Shown here one piece after another: positions 50,603 through 59,154 of a DNA stretch of 64,000 nt. The translations under genes were made by a program, and so were the position numbers. The DNA comes from Rudaea sp. (GTDB lineage: Bacteria; Pseudomonadota; Gammaproteobacteria; Xanthomonadales; Rhodanobacteraceae), in assembly GCA_031291055.1 (NCBI GenBank), contig JARLJU010000132.1:39427-103426 (forward strand), in the 5' to 3' direction. The notes under the pieces were generated by a model that worked only from the letters and a program-made list of their open reading frames with translations, made no database searches and was not told the origin of the DNA. The stretch's first letter is position 1, and the number at the start of each line of letters is the position of its first letter.

Positions 50603-50617
50603 GCAGGCAGCCGACGT

Positions 50618-52993
50618 CTACAGATCCACGGTAATGCCTATCCAGCCCGCACGCGGATCGCCGGGGCTGACAAAACGCGGATCGGTGAAGGTCGGGAACA
50701 GATCCGTCGCATCGCCGAGAATACCGAAGTTGTAATAGCTCCGATTGAAGACATTGTTGACGCGTCCGAATACCTGGACGTGTTCGTTGAAGCGATAGCT
50801 GGCGCGCAGATTGACTACGCTGAAGCCGGGAATTTCGCCCACCTGGTTCGACTCGTCTCCGCGCAGGAACTGACCGGAGTTGTAGAACACATCGCCACCG
50901 ATGCTCAGTTCGCGCGTCAGCGCGTAGTCAGCGCCGACCTTGACCGTGTTCCTCGGCAGGCTGGGAATCCGGTCGCCCCGGTTCACCGGGATCAGGCCGG
51001 TATCCGGATCGGCATAAGGGTCGTTCGCACTGATCTCGGTGAAGGAAGTTTGAAACGTCGCATCGAGATTCGTGTAGTTGGCGTACCAGTCGAGGCGGTT
51101 GTCGAACAGCTTGCCCGAGAGCGAGGCTTCCAGACCCTGACGCCGGGTGTCGCCGACATTCGCGTAAAAACCCTGGTTGGATTGCGCCCCTCCGGTGGCC
51201 TGAAAGAGTATGTCATCGGTATTGATGGTGCGGAACACGCCGACTTTCCAGTTCATGTTCCCGGCCCAGCCGCCCGCATCGAGAATGCCGCGCAGACCGC
51301 CTTCCCAACTCTTGGATACCACCTGCTTCAGATCCGGATCGGCGACGAAATCGTTGGGCAGCGTGCACGGTGCGTCGGGGCTGGCACAGGCCAGTTCCAC
51401 CGGCGTCGGCGCGCGCGTGGATTCGCTGTAGCCGGCGTAGAAATTGATCGCGCGGCTCCACTGATAAGTCATTCCTGCGGCGGGATTGAATCGATGAAAG
51501 CCGTGGTTGCCGTCGAGATCCGGACTCTGGCCGCCTTCATCCTCGATCACCGAATGCGTGTGGTTGTAGCGGCCGGACAACGTCAGCGCCAGACGATCCG
51601 TCACGGACAGCGTGTCGGTGAAATAAATGCCCTCGTCGATATTGAAGGCATCCAGATCCAGCGCCCGGGCGGGCACGTAGACGCCGGAATTCGGCGACGT
51701 GCTGAAACTGTAGGGCGTCGCGGGGTCGGGAATCAGAACCGCAGCTTCGAGGACCGAGCCGTACCGTACGCGGCCATGATCGTAGTCGATTCCGGCAGCG
51801 AACTGATTGGCCAGGCCAAACAGCGGTTGTTTCAATACCAATTGCGTCGAGCCGCCGTAGCTGAGCTGCCTGCGCACGCCGATGTTGTTGATCGCATCGT
51901 AGTCTGATGAAAGCGGATTGCCGTGCTGATCCAGCACCGGCGAACCGTCGTCATTGCACAGCAGATTCGGGTTGACGTCGCAAATATCGAAATTCGTGTC
52001 GTCGCCATTGTACGAACGCGTGTTCACCTGGCGGCCGAAAAGCGTGGCACTGAGCAGCGTGTCGTCGTTGAACTTGTACGTGCCCTGGCCGGTGATGCCG
52101 CTGAAAAAATTCTGGGTCAGATCCGGCGCGGTGAACACGCTTTGCGGACGCGCCTGCAATTCCTGGATCGCCGAAGCGCCATTGCCGGTCAGTTTGGATT
52201 CGGTGTGCGAAAGATGCAGATCGAACGTTGCATTGTCGCCGCGCCAGCTCAGGGTACTCAGGAAACTGGTCGCATTGGTATCGGACAAATCGCGCCAGCC
52301 GGTTTCCTCGAAATGATTGGCGAGGATGTAGTAACCCCATTGACCGTTGTTGCCACCGCTTTCGATCGACGTCTCGCTGCGTCCCCACGAACCCAGGTAG
52401 CTCTCGAATTGCGTGCCTGGATCGGTAAAGCCGTTCTTGGTCTGGATATCGATTGCACCGCCGAGCGTATTCAGGCCGAAGACCGGGTTGGCGCCGGAGA
52501 GCAGGGTCATTTTCGACATCGCTTCCTCCGGGATCAGATCCCAGTTGACCGTGTCGCCGAATACTTCGTTGACGCGAACGCCGTCCACGTAGACAGAGAT
52601 GCCTTCCGATCCGCCGAGCAGCGGCGTGCCCGTGAAGCCGCGGAATTGCACGTCCGGTTGCAAAGGATTGCCCTGCGAGGAATTGATCGTCACGCCGGCC
52701 AGATGCCGGTTCATGTAGTCGGTGACGTCGAGCACCTGGGAGCGCTCGAAATCTTCCGTGGTTGCGGACTGCACGCTGTAGGGCAGCAAGTTTTCCGGCA
52801 ACTCGGCGCCTTGTTGCGGCGTGACCGCGATCACGTTGATCGTGGGGAACTGCGTCGTGTTCTGGGCGTTGGAATCGACTGGCGCCGTGTCCGCCTGCGC
52901 CACAATAGCCATGCCGGGCAACAAGCCCAATGCCAGCAACCGGGTGATGGATCGCGATGGCCGTCCGGTCGAAGCGATCTCAAGCAATTTCAT
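50618..52993 (-). CDS. TonB-dependent receptor
   Basis: Signal peptide, TonB-box-like TINVIA, plug motif GNPLQPDVQFRGF...VYVDGVRVNE.FGDTVNWDLIP, NVFNRSY, amphipathic C-terminal strand. Confidence 0.92.
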   Translation of the reverse strand: MKLLEIASTGRPSRSITRLLALGLLPGMAIVAQADTAPVDSNAQNTTQFPTINVIAVTPQQGAELPENLLPYSVQSATTEDFERSQVLDVTDYMNRHLAGVTINSSQGNPLQPDVQFRGFTGTPLLGGSEGISVYVDGVRVNEVFGDTVNWDLIPEEAMSKMTLLSGANPVFGLNTLGGAIDIQTKNGFTDPGTQFESYLGSWGRSETSIESGGNNGQWGYYILANHFEETGWRDLSDTNATSFLSTLSWRGDNATFDLHLSHTESKLTGNGASAIQELQARPQSVFTAPDLTQNFFSGITGQGTYKFNDDTLLSATLFGRQVNTRSYNGDDTNFDICDVNPNLLCNDDGSPVLDQHGNPLSSDYDAINNIGVRRQLSYGGSTQLVLKQPLFGLANQFAAGIDYDHGRVRYGSVLEAAVLIPDPATPYSFSTSPNSGVYVPARALDLDAFNIDEGIYFTDTLSVTDRLALTLSGRYNHTHSVIEDEGGQSPDLDGNHGFHRFNPAAGMTYQWSRAINFYAGYSESTRAPTPVELACASPDAPCTLPNDFVADPDLKQVVSKSWEGGLRGILDAGGWAGNMNWKVGVFRTINTDDILFQATGGAQSNQGFYANVGDTRRQGLEASLSGKLFDNRLDWYANYTNLDATFQTSFTEISANDPYADPDTGLIPVNRGDRIPSLPRNTVKVGADYALTRELSIGGDVFYNSGQFLRGDESNQVGEIPGFSVVNLRASYRFNEHVQVFGRVNNVFNRSYYNFGILGDATDLFPTFTDPRFVSPGDPRAGWIGITVDL

Positions 52994-53261
52994 GGTGCCT
53001 CCCGTCGGGCCGTGAGCCCTATGTCGTCATCACCACGCCCGGAGTTTTGAGTCCTCGCAAGTCGCGGAAAAATTCCGCTGTTCAGGGAGGGCTGAAGAGC
53101 GGCGTTTCCCATAAGTGGAAACAGGCTCGACCGGACGTCCTCAGCCTAACCGCTCTTGTGAGAACAGATTGACGGAGACCATCCTGATTTGGGAAGGGAG
53201 AATTTCCCGAAAAGTGTGCCAGGTTCGGCGATGGCGTAATGCAGCGACGGCACAAGTGCAG

Positions 53262-53903
53262 CTATTTGAGCAGTTTGTAACGTAGCGCTATGCGCACGAG
53301 TTCCATGTCGCTGGATGCGCGCAATTTCTGCTTGATGACAGTATGGTAATTGGCGATCGTCTTCACGCTGAGATTCAGATTGGCGGCGATTTCGGTAGCG
53401 GGCTGACCGGCTACAAGCTGCAGAAAAATCTCGAACTCGCGTGGCGTAAGCAGCTTGAACGGATCGCCTTCGCCGGCAACCCGGAATATGGCAATCGCGT
53501 GCGCAATGTCGGGGCTCAGGAACAATCTGCCCGCAGCGACTGCAAGCACCGCGTTCGCCATCACCTCCGGCGCGTTGCTCTTGGTGACGTAGCCCGACGC
53601 ACCGAAGCGCATCGCCCGCTCCGCCATCGCTGCATCTTCGTGCATGCTGAAAACAATGATGCGCGTCTTCGGCTGGCGCGCAAGCAGGCGTCGCATGGTC
53701 TCCAGTCCGCTGGTACCCGGCATCGACAAATCCATGACGATGACATCAGGCGCGCACTCGGCACTGTCCCGATAGGCCTGCTCGCCATTGTCGGCTTCGG
53801 CGACCACTTCGATCGTCGGATACTGCTCCAGCAGACGACGGAAGCCGGAGCGGACGACCGCGTGATCGTCCACCAGCATCACCCGCGTCCGCTGCGCGTT
53901 CAT
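53262..53903 (-). CDS. NarL/LuxR-family response regulator
   Basis: LVDDHAVVR, MDLSMPG, FSMHE, C-terminal LTPREFEIF...SVKTI HTH. Confidence 0.92.
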   Translation of the reverse strand: MNAQRTRVMLVDDHAVVRSGFRRLLEQYPTIEVVAEADNGEQAYRDSAECAPDVIVMDLSMPGTSGLETMRRLLARQPKTRIIVFSMHEDAAMAERAMRFGASGYVTKSNAPEVMANAVLAVAAGRLFLSPDIAHAIAIFRVAGEGDPFKLLTPREFEIFLQLVAGQPATEIAANLNLSVKTIANYHTVIKQKLRASSDMELVRIALRYKLLK

Positions 53904-55351
53904 TGGCCTTCTCCGCCGGATTCCGCCACCGGCAGGTCGGCAGACAGGCGCGTGCCGCGACCCGGCGCGCTGTCGATGTGCAGGCTGCCGTCCATCGCTG
54001 TAATCCGCTCGCGCATGCCGACCAGTCCCAGACCCGTGACAACAGCGCTGGTGTCGAAGCCGATGCCATCGTCCTCGACGACGACCTGCAATGCCAGAGC
54101 ATGGGCCGACTCAAGCCCTCGTATTGCGCTCGCGAGGCCGATATCGATCGAGACACGATGTGCCCGGGCGTGCCGCACGACATTCGTCAGGCCCTCCTGC
54201 ACCAGGCGATAAATCGCGTTCGCGCATTCGCCTTTCAGTTCGGATGCCGGTTCGTCGATGCGGAAGGTGCAGATCAATTCCGGATTGCGCTGGTTTACGG
54301 TTGCAATCAATTCGCGCAAGGCGACTTCGAGTCCGAGTTCGTCCAGCGCCGCCGGGCGCAGGCGCCGCAGCATGCTGCGCAGCAGATCCTTGATCCTCGC
54401 GGTGACGTCGATAATGGCCGCGGCGCTTTCCCGGGCGGCGGCTTGCTGCATGTCGCCCGAGCGATGGATCGCGACAGCGTCGGCGTGGATCGCGGTGACG
54501 CACTGGCCGATTTCATCATGCAGTTCGCGCGCGATGTGTTTGCGCTCGTGTTCCTGGGTTTCGATCACCTGCCGGTGCAGGCGCCGGTTCTCCAGCACGT
54601 TGCGCTCCAGCGTGGCGGCCATATGATTGAACTCTCCGCTGAGGCTGGCCAGTTCGGGCACGTCCAGCGGTGGCAGGCGCGCACCCAGGTTGCCCGCCCC
54701 GAGCCTGTTCAGCGCGACGCGAATGTGTTCCACCGGCCGCATCGCCCGGCCGACCGCCCACCACACGAGCGCGTTCACAAGTATAAAAAACAGCAGGAGC
54801 AGGCTGAGCAGTCCGCGCGACACGCTCCAGATCTCTTCCAGTTCATAGGCCGGGTCGGGATGGATGACCACCAGGCCGACGGGCAAGCCGTCGAACAGCA
54901 CGGGTCGCTGGTAGTCGGTCAGTACCGGGAACGAGTTGCGGACCAGCCAAGCAAACCACGCCGGCGTGGTCGCCTCCGGGTCTTCGCCGTCGGCGTTGCT
55001 GTCGAGCAACCGGCCACGCATATCGTAAAAGCTCACGTCGATGTGGCGAACTTCGTGCAGGCTGGCCAGTTGCAACTGCGGCAAGGTCGCCGCATGGGTT
55101 TCCCAGTAGTCCTGCGCAATGACGAGTTCCGCATCCAGGTAGCGCTTGGTCAGCATGGTTGCCGATCTGACTTCACCGCGGATGTCGTCGTGGGCGCGTT
55201 GTACGATATAGACACCACCCAGTACCGCGACCACGGCGATCAGCAGGGTGATCATCAGCATCAGGCGCAGTTTGAGGCTAATGCCGCGGCGGAGCCGGTC
55301 CGTACTGCGGGAGAAAATCCTGAAACGTCGCGGCATGACGATCGAATGCAT
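53900..55351 (-). CDS. Membrane sensor histidine kinase (HAMP + HisKA_3), MoxY/MxcQ-like
   Basis: Two TM helices, HAMP, ERKHIARELHDEIGQ, QEGLTNVVRHA, DDGIG, GLGL.GMRER; coupled to RR. Confidence 0.88.
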   Translation of the reverse strand: MHSIVMPRRFRIFSRSTDRLRRGISLKLRLMLMITLLIAVVAVLGGVYIVQRAHDDIRGEVRSATMLTKRYLDAELVIAQDYWETHAATLPQLQLASLHEVRHIDVSFYDMRGRLLDSNADGEDPEATTPAWFAWLVRNSFPVLTDYQRPVLFDGLPVGLVVIHPDPAYELEEIWSVSRGLLSLLLLFFILVNALVWWAVGRAMRPVEHIRVALNRLGAGNLGARLPPLDVPELASLSGEFNHMAATLERNVLENRRLHRQVIETQEHERKHIARELHDEIGQCVTAIHADAVAIHRSGDMQQAAARESAAAIIDVTARIKDLLRSMLRRLRPAALDELGLEVALRELIATVNQRNPELICTFRIDEPASELKGECANAIYRLVQEGLTNVVRHARAHRVSIDIGLASAIRGLESAHALALQVVVEDDGIGFDTSAVVTGLGLVGMRERITAMDGSLHIDSAPGRGTRLSADLPVAESGGEGQ

Positions 55352-55516
55352 CGGCTAAGGGTAGACTGAAACAATTGCGCGGGCCATGTGGTCCGGTGCA
55401 ATCGCGACGACTGCGATCATGATCATCTCGGGACATGATCGCGTCGGGCCGCGATCGCAGTTGACGAGGCGTATTGTCGAATTGATATCCTGTACTGCCA
55501 ACCTGGGTAACGTCAT

Positions 55517-56545
55517 ATGCCACAGATCATGTCATCTTCACGCCATTCATCCGGCATCGGCTGTCGCGAGCTGCGCGCATTGCCGCTCGCGGGAATCCTG
55601 ATGATATGCGCCTCGACGTCCGCAACGCATGCGGTCGCAGCCGATGCGCGCGCTTATGTGGGCAACCAGGAAAACGGCACCGTATCGATCATCGACACCG
55701 CCAGCGACGAAGTCGTGCGCACGCTGCCCGACCACGGCAAGATCGGAGCAAAAATCCAGGCCGTGGTCGCCGATCCGGCGGCCAGGACGGCCTTTGTCGT
55801 CGATGCCGATGGCAACGCGCTGGTCGCCGTGGATATCGCCTCGGGGCAGGTGCAACAGCGTATCGCCGTGGGCAAGAGCCCCGAAGGCGCTTCACTTTCG
55901 CCTTCCGGAAAAACCATTGCGGTTTGCGTCGAGGATGACAATCTTGTTGCGATCGTCGACATCGCCAGCGCCAAGGTAACGCAGAAAATCGCCACGCAGG
56001 GCAAGAATCCGGAACATTGCGTTTTCAGTCTGGACGGACGCTGGCTGATGACCAGCAACGAGAACTCGGACGACGTCGACCTTATCGATCTGAAGGCGGG
56101 ACGTTCGGTCGCGCTGGTGAAGACCTCCGGACATCCGCGCGGCATCGCCTGGTTGCCGAACAAGCCGGTCGCCTACGTCGTGCAGGAAGTTTCCGGCGGT
56201 GTCGACATTATCGATACGGCAAAACGCGCGGTCACCGGTTCGATCCACACCGGGCTGCGGCCGGCGGATGCCGTTGCCAGCGCGGATGGCCGGCGCGTAT
56301 TCGTTTCCAACGGCGGCGACGCCACGGTATCGGTAATCGATACGTCGACCAACAAGGTGATTGCCACTGTTCCGGTGGGCAAGCGCGCTTGGAACATGGC
56401 ACTGACCGCCGACGGCAAGAAGCTGTATGTTGCCAACGGCCGCTCCAACAGCGTGAGTGTGATCGATGCAGTCGCGTTCAAGCCGATCAGGGAAATTCCG
56501 GTCGGCGGTCTCCCCTGGGGTGCAAGCATCCCGGTGGTGAAATGA
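55517..56545 (+). CDS. Periplasmic YVTN-type beta-propeller protein (PQQ-catabolism-associated type)
   Basis: Signal peptide; repeats AYVGN...VSIID, VFVSN...VSVID, LYVAN...VSVID, PVG..P. Confidence 0.82.
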   Translation: MPQIMSSSRHSSGIGCRELRALPLAGILMICASTSATHAVAADARAYVGNQENGTVSIIDTASDEVVRTLPDHGKIGAKIQAVVADPAARTAFVVDADGNALVAVDIASGQVQQRIAVGKSPEGASLSPSGKTIAVCVEDDNLVAIVDIASAKVTQKIATQGKNPEHCVFSLDGRWLMTSNENSDDVDLIDLKAGRSVALVKTSGHPRGIAWLPNKPVAYVVQEVSGGVDIIDTAKRAVTGSIHTGLRPADAVASADGRRVFVSNGGDATVSVIDTSTNKVIATVPVGKRAWNMALTADGKKLYVANGRSNSVSVIDAVAFKPIREIPVGGLPWGASIPVVK

Positions 56546-56864
56546 TCGGGTGATGTCCGTCGGTCAAACGGTCGGGGAAATTCTCGTCGACGGCATCGAC
56601 AACGGTTGATCGCCACCCCGGCCGATCCGCGGACGTCGATCATTCCAATTACTTCTGCGCATGCGCGAGCACGCGCGGTTTGCGTGTGCACCAGTTCCGA
56701 TACACCCTGCTGCGCGCAAGGCGCAGTGTTTCACCACGTATGCTGGCGCCGCCGCCGCCAAATCCTTCGCTGCGGCGCACCACACTGCGCAACCCTGCTG
56801 CAGAAGCCCGTAGCTAAAGGCTATTCCCGTATTTGGGTTCGCTGCGCGAGTGGATCGAACGCCA

Positions 56865-56880
56865 TGGCACTGGTCTTGCT
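56865..56880 (+). promoter_or_regulatory. Sigma54 (-24/-12) promoter upstream of xoxF
   Basis: TGGCAC-TGGTC-TTGCT with exact GG-N10-GC spacing, about 140 bp before xoxF. Confidence 0.8.
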
Positions 56881-57017
56881 AAGAACGCTGGAAAAATGTG
56901 AATGAAACTTTGTGCTATTAGTTCCGCGCTCGCACAGGCCGTAGTAAACCGACAATCGCAACGATAGCGGATTGCCGCCGGACCATCACAGCAGCATATA
57001 AAGCGGAGGGAAGATAA

Positions 57018-58946
57018 ATGAAAGGCTCAATGCATCCATCGTGTCCTACCATGCGCAAGACACCGGGCATGTGGCGAACGCAACGAACGTTGTTGCTGAC
57101 GCTATTGGCAACCGGCTTCACTTTTCTTTCTGGCGTAGCAACGGCTGCTTCGGATACCGAGCAGTTCGCACGTTTCAAGGATCCGAATCAATGGGGCGCA
57201 CCCGCCGGCAACCTGAATCTGGACCGGTACAGCTCGCTGAAAGGGATAAACACGGAAAATGCGAAAGACCTGCAGATGGTGTGGTCGCAGTCCAGCGGCA
57301 CCTTGCGTGGCCATGAAGGGCAACCGCTGGTCATCGAAGATGTCGGCGGCAAACCGATGATGTTCATGGAAAGCGGCTGGCCGAACATCGTCCAGGCGCT
57401 CGACTTGAGCGATCCGGATCACCCGGTGCAGACGTGGAACTACACCAAGACCAGCGGGCGTGACGAATCTGCGGTGCCCCGCGCCTGTTGCGATACCGTG
57501 AACCGCGGCCTGTCGTATGCCGACGGAAAACTCGTGTTCGGCACCCTCGACGGTTATGTCATTGCGCTCGATGCCGCGACCGGCAAGGAAGACTGGGTAG
57601 TCAAGCACGCATTCCCGGCGAAAGGCGAGACGATCACGCCTGCGCCGATCATCGCCAATGACAAGGTAATCATCGGCTTCGGCGGCGACGAATTTGCCGC
57701 CCGCGGTCGCGTCACTGCCTACGCGCTGGCCGATGGCAAGAAAGTCTGGGAATGCCATTCCACGGGCAGCGACAAGGATGTGTGCCTAACGGCAAACACG
57801 AACAAGGCGCACCCGGAATACGGCACCGCCGGCAAGGACCTGGGCATCAGTACGTTCCCGGGTGACGAGTGGCAACGTGGCGGTGGTGCGGCCTGGGGCT
57901 GGTACAGCTATGACCCCGCCCTGCACATGGTTTACTACAGCACCGGCAATCCTGGCCTGTGGAGCCCGCAGTTCCGCTGCGCCGAGCCGATCACGCAGGA
58001 AAACTGCAATAGCGGCAAGTTCGACAACAAGTGGTCGATGAGCATTTTCGCCCGCAACGTCGACACCGGCGAGGCCGCCTGGGTATACCAGATGACCCCG
58101 TTCGACCAGTGGGATTACGACGGCATCAACGAGAATGTTCTGGTCGACATGACCGTCGACGGCAAGGCGCGCAAGTGCCTCGTGCATTTCGACCGCAATG
58201 GCTTTGCGTACGTTCTGGATCGCACCGACGGTACGCTGCTGCGCGCGAACAAGTTCGTCACCGCCAATTGGGCCGAGAAGATCGACATGAAGACGGGCCG
58301 TCCGGTCAAGGTTGCCGAACACTCGCCGCTCAAGGTCGGTGGCAACACCCAGGCCTGTCCGTCCGCAATGGGCGGCAAGGACCAGCAGCCCGTGGCGGTC
58401 GATCCGACCGATCCGGCCAACTTCTACGTGCCGACCAACAACTGGTGCATGGAGGACGAACCGCAGGATCGTTCGCACACCCAGCAGGGCACGGTATACG
58501 TTTTCGCCAATGTATACATGTATCCGGAAAAGCCCGGTGTGACCGGCAAGTTCAAGAAGTTCAACGTGCTGACCGGCAAGACCGAATGGGAAATCCCAGA
58601 CCAGTATCCGAACTGGGGCGGCGCGCTGGTGACCGCGGGCGGCCTTGCGTTCTACGGCAGCCTCGGCGGCGATTTCCGCGCGGTTGACCGGGCGACGGGC
58701 AAGGTGCTGTGGTCGCGCAAGCTTGGCTCCGGCATCATCGGCAATCCGATCGCCTACTCGGTAAAGGGCAAGGAGTACGTGTCGGTATGGTCCGGCATTG
58801 GTGGCTGGATAGGTCTGCCGGTAACCGCAGGGCTGGACCTGAGCGACAAGTTCGGCGCGATCGGCGCCACGGCGATGGCAAAGGCGTCGGGACTCAATCA
58901 CATTCCGCAGGGCGGTACGCTATACACCTTCAAGGTGGGTGGCTAA
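57018..58946 (+). CDS. xoxF: Lanthanide-dependent PQQ methanol dehydrogenase XoxF
   Basis: RGHEG.PL, ACCD.VNRG vicinal disulfide, metal ligands Glu (GDEF), Asn (TGNP), WDYDG with the extra Ln-binding Asp; no mxaI; followed by xoxJ/xoxG. Confidence 0.9.
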   Translation: MKGSMHPSCPTMRKTPGMWRTQRTLLLTLLATGFTFLSGVATAASDTEQFARFKDPNQWGAPAGNLNLDRYSSLKGINTENAKDLQMVWSQSSGTLRGHEGQPLVIEDVGGKPMMFMESGWPNIVQALDLSDPDHPVQTWNYTKTSGRDESAVPRACCDTVNRGLSYADGKLVFGTLDGYVIALDAATGKEDWVVKHAFPAKGETITPAPIIANDKVIIGFGGDEFAARGRVTAYALADGKKVWECHSTGSDKDVCLTANTNKAHPEYGTAGKDLGISTFPGDEWQRGGGAAWGWYSYDPALHMVYYSTGNPGLWSPQFRCAEPITQENCNSGKFDNKWSMSIFARNVDTGEAAWVYQMTPFDQWDYDGINENVLVDMTVDGKARKCLVHFDRNGFAYVLDRTDGTLLRANKFVTANWAEKIDMKTGRPVKVAEHSPLKVGGNTQACPSAMGGKDQQPVAVDPTDPANFYVPTNNWCMEDEPQDRSHTQQGTVYVFANVYMYPEKPGVTGKFKKFNVLTGKTEWEIPDQYPNWGGALVTAGGLAFYGSLGGDFRAVDRATGKVLWSRKLGSGIIGNPIAYSVKGKEYVSVWSGIGGWIGLPVTAGLDLSDKFGAIGATAMAKASGLNHIPQGGTLYTFKVGG

Positions 58947-58969
58947 CGCAGGATTTGGTTGGCTGAAGT

Positions 58970-59006
58970 AGCCCGGTGCCGCAAGTCACCGGGCTTTTCT
59001 TTCTTT
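58970..59006 (+). terminator. Hairpin/terminator between xoxF and xoxJ
   Basis: AGCCCGGTG-CCGCAAGT-CACCGGGCT followed by TTTCTTTCTTT. Confidence 0.8.
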
Positions 59007-59154
59007 GCACATCCAGCTTGCATGAACCCGCTCACATGAACCGGCTGTCATCAAGACGAGCTGTCATGATGGCGACCGTCTGAACCCTATTGCATGCATG
59101 CACTCCAATGGCGGGCGCAGGCAGCCAGCGCAAGATTCTTCGAGGAGATGGGCT

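Noticed and set aside
53206-53221. Minus-strand TGGCAC upstream of the TonB receptor as a sigma54 promoter
   Set aside because: The -12 element reads TCGGG rather than TTGC.
57018-58946. Calcium-dependent MxaF
   Set aside because: Has D-Y-D (extra Asp) rather than D-x-A, and there is no mxaI or mxaACKLD nearby.
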